64,000 nt of DNA, from NCBI GenBank assembly GCA_905178155.1, contig CAJINV010000003.1, positions 1,483,557 through 1,547,556 on the forward strand, read 5' to 3'. Of this stretch, positions 56,232 through 64,000 are shown piece by piece; position 1 is the first letter of the stretch; each line of letters opens with the position of its first letter. Source of the stretch: Amoebophrya sp. A120 (lineage: Eukaryota > Protista > Dinoflagellata). The position numbers were made by a program, and so were the translations under genes. The notes beneath the pieces were generated by a model. It searched no databases and had not been told where the DNA came from. It saw only the letters and a list, made by a program, of their open reading frames with translations.

Positions 56232-58778
56232 TCGCTCCGAAGTGAAGCTCTCGTTCTTATTGACTCTTTATTTTTTATTTCTTTTTTCATTTCATTTGTT
56301 TCATATGATTTTACTTGTACTTAGTACGCTGTTAAGACTGAAGTAAAGGGTGATTGTTTGCTTCACACATGCGAAAACCAAGTCAAAAGCGACTGGTATC
56401 GCAAGGTGTGCCCTTCGTGCAAATCTACCCGTGTGTAAAGTGTAAGTCTACTCGACCTGGTTTAGGTCGGTAGAAGAAGCTAGCCAAGTGCTGCCACCGC
56501 ATTTAGGCCGGTGGAGCAAGAAGGCTAGCTATGCGATACCATTTTCGCTATATGATGCAATCACCTTATTCTGATCCTCGCTCTAAGACAAACCGACCTG
56601 ATGAAGGGTCGGAGTGCACTGCTAGTGATCGCTCGCGAGATGAGCGACACCGCAAGCGAGGTCAAATTTCGATGCGAAGCGATGAAATTCGAGAACGAGA
56701 GTTTTCTCGTCCAACAGAAACCAAGGCGCTCATCTGAATTCGTACGAAGGTGAAAGATAAAGATCGGAAGATGAAAACGAAGCCACTGAAGGACTTTGAT
56801 GGGCGTGTGGCTGATGTTCTTCCGATCGTACTCATTGAGCTTTCAGGATGTAAGAACAGAACTATATTTTCAATATAAATTGCTGATTGCTCCTCCCGCA
56901 TAGCCGAGCGGGATCGATTTCCGGAAGGCACAACTTCAGAAACCGCTTCGGCAAAACTCTGATTTCTCTTCAAGAACTATCAGAAAGTCATTTTTGTTGG
57001 CGGCAAAAAGAAGCTTGAGTTACAGAGCAAAGCGTCTAAGAGTCGAACGCATGCAAATATCAACTTCACTCGTATACAGGAGTTCGACCGGAAGCTGGCC
57101 GAAAAGCTTTCGGAGAAGCGCGAGCCTGCGGATATTCTTACGAGAATGGAGAGGATAGAGCTGCTAAAGAAGCTCTACCCACGTTGTAGCCACGAGGACC
57201 TGCCTACGTCCGACGCGCTATCGCCCCTGCTATGGGGCCTGGAGACTGACGGAGCAGAGGCATAGAGTCCTTCTTCCAACTTTATCTTGACCCAGCAGGT
57301 GGCCTCCCCGTTCTGGGTACGTCGACCTGCGAACTCTGCGCTCGCGTTTGGGCGCCGACGGTTTTGGGGTGGAAATGCCGCGGCATCCATGGCCGCTGCA
57401 GCTTGCACTTTAGCCTCGGCGCGAGATCTATCGCTGGTGTTGCACGTTGTTTTGAACACCAAGCGATCTAGTGAATGTGATGGCATTTCGATGCTGCTGT
57501 ACGTGAAGAGGAACTTCTGCACGTAGTCGCGTTACCGAATTTACCTCACCTTACTAGTTTGCTGGATCTCGCATCATTTCGCTGCAAGTTTGAACTTGCT
57601 GATCCTCATCGTAGTTACCATATTCACTACTTTTGGTTTGCGAGGATTTGCGATCAGCTTCTGCTTTTGCAGCTGAAAGGATGGACACCAACACGCGTTT
57701 TGCGTATTCTGTGCCAAAGTTTACAGGGCAAGATAAGATGAGAAGTAGTATGCTACGAAAGCGGTAGCTTGAGTTTGTGTCGAGCTGTGTTCGGCAAGAA
57801 GGATTACGGTCTTTATAGTAGGCTGGCTAGGTTTGGTCTATAAATTGCTGATTGCTCCTCCCGCATAGCCGAGCTGATCGATTTCCAAATGACCGATAGC
57901 GATAAATAGCTGATCGATTTCCAAGTGATCCAAATAGCTGATTTTGAAGCGTCAGATGCAGCAATCAAGGACAGGAGCTAGGCAACGGATCGGAAATGTT
58001 GGAGCAACCATAAATGGACGTGGGCCGCGCGCTGCCGCTGCCCTGCGAGGACATCCAAACGTGTTTGGGTTTTCTCCAAAAATGTGGAAAAAATTGTTCG
58101 AGATGATGAATCATCACAGTCACACCACTTAGACACTCATTTATTTTTTTCATCACTAAATGGATCCCAATCCCAAATGTCTATGTAGAAGAAGAGTACG
58201 AACGTGGGTCTACTGTTTAATTTCAACAGGAAATCAATGAGGACGAGGAGATATCTTGCCAAAGAAGCACTGCGTGATTGTGTGGAACGAACCTTTTTTT
58301 TTTTGGGGTTTTGTGGATATTTCGTAACTCTTGTCGTTTATGCATCATGGCCGTAGATCCTCTGAGTGCTGTTTCTCGTAAACATTTTTCTACTTCGCTG
58401 TTGCTTGCTTCGAGCATTTTTTGTTCAATCAGCTTCAGCTCACAAAACGATGAAGCTACTTACTTGAAATACAAACGGAAACCACGACAAGTAGGTGTCA
58501 TGTCGAGTCCGTATCGGTCTCCTGCACACCGTTATATAAATATAATAGGCTTTGAAAGAACCTAGGTCAGCGTATTGTACCAAAAATTCGTCTTGTTTAC
58601 CCGCGATTCACTTGTTTCTCCAGTACGCGAGCATTTATCTTCGCGCGACCACCTACTTCGGCGGCAGCGGGCGTCCACTTCCGACGTAATATCGCACGAC
58701 CTAATTTGTTTTCCGCAAAGTCGTGAAAGTTAAACCTTCTTTTTACCCGGCAGGAAGACAAGCTCCAGCACGAAGAAA

Positions 58779-61475
58779 ATGCTGTTGCACCAGCAGGCAC
58801 AGCACGACCAGGAGCTACCAACATCGCCAGCGTCACGGGCAGCTCATAGTGGCCGCGACAAGACGAACAATAGCTTCCTCCACTTTGGGACGGCCAATGA
58901 CCCGCGGTCGCAGGAGGAGCTTGCTGCGGCGTACGTGCGAAGCGTCGAGGAGGCGCGGCGTGAAGCAGAGGAGGAGAACCGGGTGCGGGTATTGTCGCCG
59001 GAGGAGTTCGTGGAGAAAGTGAACCAGGGTGAAATCGGCAACACGATCAACATCCGGGAACTCGCGGACCCCGTGGAAGCCCTGCTGCTGCTGAAGGACA
59101 AAGGCCGGGTTGCCTTCGGGTTGGGGAAGAACGACGTGGCGAAAGTGTTGTACGAGAAGGCGGTGCTGCTGGCGGACGTGATTAAGCACCAGTCGCTGAG
59201 CTGGAACCTGGGGAACGTGGAGCAACAGCAGGAGAAGGCCTTGCTGTCCGGAAAGCAGCCGGACCCGGACGAGTTTTACACGAACAACCAGAACCCGTAC
59301 CACGACCTGCAGCTCGGCGGCAAGCACAGCCGCGACCTCGAGCGGGGCCTCCGCCCCGTCCTGCTGGAGCGGTACCGCGACTGCGTCCCGCTGCACTGGG
59401 AGCTGGAGGTGGTCGCGTTTGCGCCCCTGTACGCGAATCTGGCGGCGGTGCACGTGGAGCAGCAGGAGTACATCCTCAGCTTCCAGAACGCGAGCAAGGC
59501 GTTGCTGCGCCACCCCCGGTACGACCGCGCGCGCCTGCGCAAGGTGCAGAGCCTGGTCGGCCTCGCGAACTGGCTGGACTGGGAGCTGAAAACCGTGTAC
59601 GACCGCGGCGGGTACGAAATCGAGAACTCCAACAACCACAGCGTGACGGTCCGGGACTTGAGCTGGTGCTGTCGGCAGCTGGCCATCAAGTACGCGCACC
59701 AGTACAACGGAGCAGAGGGAGATGAAAAGAAGACCACCCTCATCCCCGAGGCCGCGCAAGCTTTGCAGAAGGACGTCTACAGTCTGAAGGGCCTCAAGGA
59801 GGGTCGCGGCCTGCTCGGAATGGAGGCGCAGCGGGTTTCGATGACCGAAGAAACCAAGGCCTCCCGGCAAAGTTACCAGCGCAACCTGCTACCGCTTTTG
59901 GAATTTCCCGACGATTTCGCACACGTGCCGCCGGCCTTTCGCAGTGCGAAGAAGGTGGGTGAAAAGAACGCGAAGATCTGGTACGCCGACAGCTTTCCGT
60001 ACGTGGAAAAACGACAGAAGACGATGACGGTGAAAAAAAATAAGTGCGGTGAGCTGCACACGCACAGCTCCTGGAAGAAGAAAAAGGACACCAGTGCGGA
60101 TCATCATGCGACGACCCCCGCTGGGGACGAGGACCACACCAGCGGCATGTTTCGCTATTACGGAGAGGCCGGCTGGGAGTGGTCGCATTTGGCCCGGCTC
60201 GTCTGGTCTATGCTGCAAACGTACGGCGACGTCGGAGTTCTTGTGCCAGAAAAGAAGCAGGGCAACAAGATGAAAACTTCTACCGAGGGCAATGAAAATG
60301 ATGTTGACGCAGGAGTTCATCTTGTTGGCAGCCCAGGTGGTCGTGGTGGACCAACATCCAGCCCCGGACGACCGAGCAGCCCCGGTTTGTCTCCCCCCGG
60401 GTCCTCGTCGACCAGCAGTGGCCCGGGATCGTCGTCGACCACGTACGCGTTGCTCGACATGGACCTGCGGGGCGGGACCATGCCGACGAAGCGGTGCAAG
60501 AACCTGGTTATCGTCCTGCACGGGCACGGGGACAGTATGAACCCCTTCTTGAACCTCCCCACGAACCTGCACCTGCAGCAGACGGCCTTTCTGTTCCTCA
60601 ACGGTCCGGACGACGAGTCGAGTTTTTTCAAGGAGCGCGCCGGCAAGCCCTGCCGGTCGTGGTTTCCCAACTTTGAGACGGGCGCCGCGGCCATGGGGGA
60701 GTATGTGGATTCCATGGAAGAGATCGAGGAGGAGAACCTGGACAACTGCGTGCGGGTGGTCAAGCACAAGTTGTTTCCGTTGCTGGAAAGCTTGGTGCAC
60801 GACTGCGGCTGGGGCTACAACGAGATCTTCCTCCTGGGCCACGGGCAGGGCGGCGAGGTGGCGCTCGAACTCTTCTACCAACTGTACCGGAAGAGCCTGA
60901 AGGCGTCCGCGGAGGAGAACGCCAAGCACGGATTCTTCCAGCTGGGCGGCATTCTTGCTTCCAGCTGTAGCTTGCTCCCCGCCCGGCGCCTCGAGTTGCG
61001 GGCCCATTTGACCGAAAAAAACAAGAGGGCGGCGTTGGACTCCAAGCAGCAGATGGCAGCTCGTCCTTCACCTTCTCCGCCGGGCGCATCCTCATCTGCG
61101 ACTGCGAATGATATTAGAAATAAGTCTACTCCGATGAAGCTGCTGCAGGAGGTGACTGTTGCGGACGCGGAGATGAAACCGAAACCCACCCCGATCTTCC
61201 TGGTTCATGGGAAGCTGGACAAGCAGATTTCTCAGAACGTGTTCGCGAAATCGTGCGCGTTGCTGGGAAAGATGCCGGATCGCTGCGAACTGCGGATGCG
61301 CCTGTTCGCCAACCGCGGCGGGACCTTCTTGAACACCAAGGATCCCGAGGAGTGCACGTTTGTGAACCAATTTTTTGCGGACGCCCTGCACGGCTGGGGC
61401 CGCCGGGCGCAGGAGGAAACCATGAAGCGGGTGGTGCAGCGCGACCAGTCTGTTGTCGCGATGGGGGGACAGTAG
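58779..61475 (+). CDS. TPR-repeat protein fused to a phospholipase/carboxylesterase-like (abhydrolase_2) domain
   Basis: TPR helices LKDKGRVAFGLGKNDVAKVLYEKAV and LYANLAAVHVEQQEY...ALLRHPRYDRARLRK. Esterase-fold motifs LVIVLHGHGD, IFLLGHGQGGEVAL, PIFLVHGKLD. Confidence 0.85.
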   Translation: MLLHQQAQHDQELPTSPASRAAHSGRDKTNNSFLHFGTANDPRSQEELAAAYVRSVEEARREAEEENRVRVLSPEEFVEKVNQGEIGNTINIRELADPVEALLLLKDKGRVAFGLGKNDVAKVLYEKAVLLADVIKHQSLSWNLGNVEQQQEKALLSGKQPDPDEFYTNNQNPYHDLQLGGKHSRDLERGLRPVLLERYRDCVPLHWELEVVAFAPLYANLAAVHVEQQEYILSFQNASKALLRHPRYDRARLRKVQSLVGLANWLDWELKTVYDRGGYEIENSNNHSVTVRDLSWCCRQLAIKYAHQYNGAEGDEKKTTLIPEAAQALQKDVYSLKGLKEGRGLLGMEAQRVSMTEETKASRQSYQRNLLPLLEFPDDFAHVPPAFRSAKKVGEKNAKIWYADSFPYVEKRQKTMTVKKNKCGELHTHSSWKKKKDTSADHHATTPAGDEDHTSGMFRYYGEAGWEWSHLARLVWSMLQTYGDVGVLVPEKKQGNKMKTSTEGNENDVDAGVHLVGSPGGRGGPTSSPGRPSSPGLSPPGSSSTSSGPGSSSTTYALLDMDLRGGTMPTKRCKNLVIVLHGHGDSMNPFLNLPTNLHLQQTAFLFLNGPDDESSFFKERAGKPCRSWFPNFETGAAAMGEYVDSMEEIEEENLDNCVRVVKHKLFPLLESLVHDCGWGYNEIFLLGHGQGGEVALELFYQLYRKSLKASAEENAKHGFFQLGGILASSCSLLPARRLELRAHLTEKNKRAALDSKQQMAARPSPSPPGASSSATANDIRNKSTPMKLLQEVTVADAEMKPKPTPIFLVHGKLDKQISQNVFAKSCALLGKMPDRCELRMRLFANRGGTFLNTKDPEECTFVNQFFADALHGWGRRAQEETMKRVVQRDQSVVAMGGQ

Positions 61476-64000
61476 ACGACGGTAGGACTATGACGAACAG
61501 CGGTAAGAACTGTCGTGCGTGGATCCAGTTTTCAGTCTCTCGACCATGAAGATCTTATCTATAGACACTACTTATCAATCCATTTTCAGTCAAATTCTTG
61601 TATCTTCCGAGATATAATGAAAATAATAACGAAAGCAATTTGATGTTCTTTGAAGTACATGTACACTTCATCTTCGTAAAAATCTATGAAACATCCTCAG
61701 CGACCCACTGATTGCGATTACTTTATGGTCCAGCTAGTAGTAGTATCATCTTTCTTTAGAAACCCTCGCATGGCCGAATGACTAGGCGGGTACAACTGGC
61801 AACGGTGACCTCGTCATCGTCCGCTAACAGTAAACAAAGAGCGTTTAACTCCTCCCATCTAACGACAAAGACGAAAGCACTTTACTTAAATGATATATGA
61901 CGACAACTAACTTTTGCGACAGGATATGGATAAAAAAATTGTGTAACGAACAGCACCAGATGTTGTGCCTGCGTGTAGATACTCACGGCACTCTGTACTT
62001 GAGCTTCTTCACTCTTGATGTTACTTCCAGGTTGCGCTCCAGCGACCTGCCTACTTGAGCACTTCGTTCTTGTATCTTCAGTTCTTCTTCGTGCAGCGAC
62101 CCGAGCTGTATGCTCCTATTTTCCAAGATTCGTTCGCGGTCAGTTTTGACACAGACAGCGGATATTATCTTAATCTTCTCGACCGGCGAATTTTTCAGTA
62201 AGCAAATTACAGCGACAAAACGACAATACAACTACAATCTAGCGACCAATTCTTCAATATTAGACGGACCTAAAAAGAGAAAAATTTAGAAAGAGACAAC
62301 ACCTTATTTCATTTACGACCCCTGTGCGACATCGACAACCACAATTCGCAGTATGGAGGTTAGCAACGGAATGCACACGGCAAGTGGTCGCCTGGCTTCG
62401 TGGATCTGTCTTCAATGTTCGAGTCGTAAAAAACTACCGCCCTGTAATAGCAAGATCCTGCTACCGCCACCTGCCGAAAGAGCTGCTCAGGTACTGGAAA
62501 ATGCATGTCGGGATCCAGTTAGTTCATAAAATCGATTTTCACTGGTTTTATTGTTTCTGGATCTCGACGGTTAAGCGTCTCGTCAGAAAGGTTGCATTCC
62601 TCTGTCTTTTTTGCTCGTGGCAGCACCGTGCGACGGATTAGTCAAAGGGAAGTAGTGCTTGCTTTAATTATCAATGTGTTATTTCATCGGTAGTTGGTCT
62701 ATTGCAATAAAGGCGAATTCCATTCGGTGAGGAAGAAAATTCTGTGATATGGTATGTAAGTACTCACTTGCTGCAGCTGCAACATGCCCTTGCCGCGTAC
62801 GAATGAGAATCTGATGCCCGAAAAAAGCACGCGGTAGTAAGCTCAGGAGGAAGTAGGAGCGTTCCACGACCTGGAAAGTGACAGTGGCGTCGGGCAGGAC
62901 AAGCAGACACATTACCGCCCAGCTGTCCACGCAGTACCCGAGATTCCATTCTAGAAGTGTGCTGTTAGAGGCTGTGTAACAATTGGACCCCCTTTCACCA
63001 GGGGGGTAGTGGCCTGCTGGAGACCAACCTCCCCCCCCTTTCGTCGGGAGCCATGCGAAGTAAAAAAAGATCGGGCGCGGTGCGCTTTGAGTTGCTCCCT
63101 GTGTTGCCGGAAGTGAAAAAAATTGCGCGCGCCCGCTGCCGGTAAGCCGAGCAAGTTCGTTTTGTTCATTTTATTTATTGCTGCGCGCGCGTAATGTTGG
63201 CAAAGTTAAACTTTTTGGGGCGCGCTGCTTGCGCCCGTTGCGACTGCATTTACATCAACATCGCGCTGCGTGTGCGTGCCTACTACAGCTGTAAGCGCCG
63301 GCCCTGAAAACGCGCGCGTGCCTCCTCTCCCGCCGCAAGCGTCTCACGGCATGGATGAGGAAAGGAGAGTTCGGGCGCGCTTTGTGTGCCCACCGACTTG
63401 TGAAACCCACCAAGCTGTGAGGGATGCCCGCAGTCAACATACGGGGCACCCACAATCGGTCCGGGGCGACTTCCTGGTCGGAATGCGAAAAAAAGACAGC
63501 TCAGGCGCGCGCCCTCCTATTTCTGCCGGCGCCCCCATGTCGCACGCGACGCGGCGGGTTCGGAGCGCGCCCACAGATAACAAGCAAAAAGCCTCCTTGG
63601 GCCTATTAGTTACGTGCGCCTGTCGTGTGCCTGCTGCCGACCAACCAACTTCCCATCGCGAAGGCGCCACAAAACGAAGGGCCGTCTGGCGTTACGAGGC
63701 GAGACCCCCGGGAGCCCCCCCAGCTCCGCGCCGGGGTGCCAGCTCCCGTCCTCCGCAATTGAACCAACCTGCCCCCCCTCCCCCTTTCGCCTTCGCGAAA
63801 GGGGGCCGAAGTTGCACAGCCTTGTGAAAAATGCAACGAGGCTACTAACTCGCTCGGCGGTCGCTAAGAAGCAGGCACGCGACTGCATTTCTAAACCGAG
63901 TTTGGCTAGTACGGGTACGCAAGATTGCTCCTTCCCACTGACGACACCGTAAATCGGCTCCTTTTTCGTAAACCGACTGACGACCACACTGCGAGCGAGG

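Larger units (their letters stand above)
53281..57924 (+). mobile_element. Degenerate, rearranged tyrosine-recombinase (DIRS/Ngaro-like) retroelement relic with dispersed direct repeats
   Basis: Tyrosine recombinase-like fragment 54849-55283 (AAWFAMLRLDD). RT-thumb/RNase H ORF 55290-56231. Further recombinase-like remnants near 56360-56560 (FTHAKTK, HLGRWS). Four copies of AAATTGCTGATTGCTCCTCCCGCATAGCCGAGC. Confidence 0.7.

Noticed and set aside
61983-64000. Short ORFs at the window end
   Set aside because: No recognisable domains or consistent exon structure.
1-64000. Dinoflagellate spliced-leader relics, tRNA or rRNA genes
   Set aside because: No CCGTAGCCATTTTGGCTCAAG-like match or structural RNA gene was seen by eye; a covariance-model scan would be needed to exclude them.

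Overview
Gene-dense eukaryotic DNA with 12 supportable protein genes, all on the + strand. Canonical GT-AG introns occur alongside many non-canonical introns. That architecture suggests an alveolate, most plausibly the parasitic dinoflagellate Amoebophrya (Syndiniales); this is inference. Genes: metacaspase; an intronless 4133-aa ZNFX1-like helicase with NF-X1 zinc fingers and a C-terminal Regnase-type NYN/PIN RNase; a RING protein; a hypothetical protein; an alpha/beta hydrolase; acyltransferase-3; fatty-acid hydroxylase/sterol desaturase; an EF-hand membrane protein; an SV2/SVOP-like MFS transporter; NEMF/Rqc2; a TM+PB1-like protein; a PH + Sec6-like protein; and a TPR + pseudo-esterase. The dominant hidden structure is a set of MITE-like introner elements in at least 5 families. 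All 13 complete copies start TAT and end ATA and carry terminal inverted repeats (TIRs). Twelve have matching or near-matching 5-bp target-site duplications (TSDs), most share a TGTCATGC-type internal motif, and those inside genes restore reading frames when removed. Notable cases are a 2.9-kb giant copy full of hairpins, a 55-nt perfect-hairpin micro-intron, and an introner-bracketed foreign exon cassette in the metacaspase. A scrambled DIRS/Ngaro-like relic (tyrosine recombinase, RT thumb, RNase H) punctuated by four direct repeats lies at 53.3-57.9 kb. All calls come from reading the sequence by eye; no searches were run.
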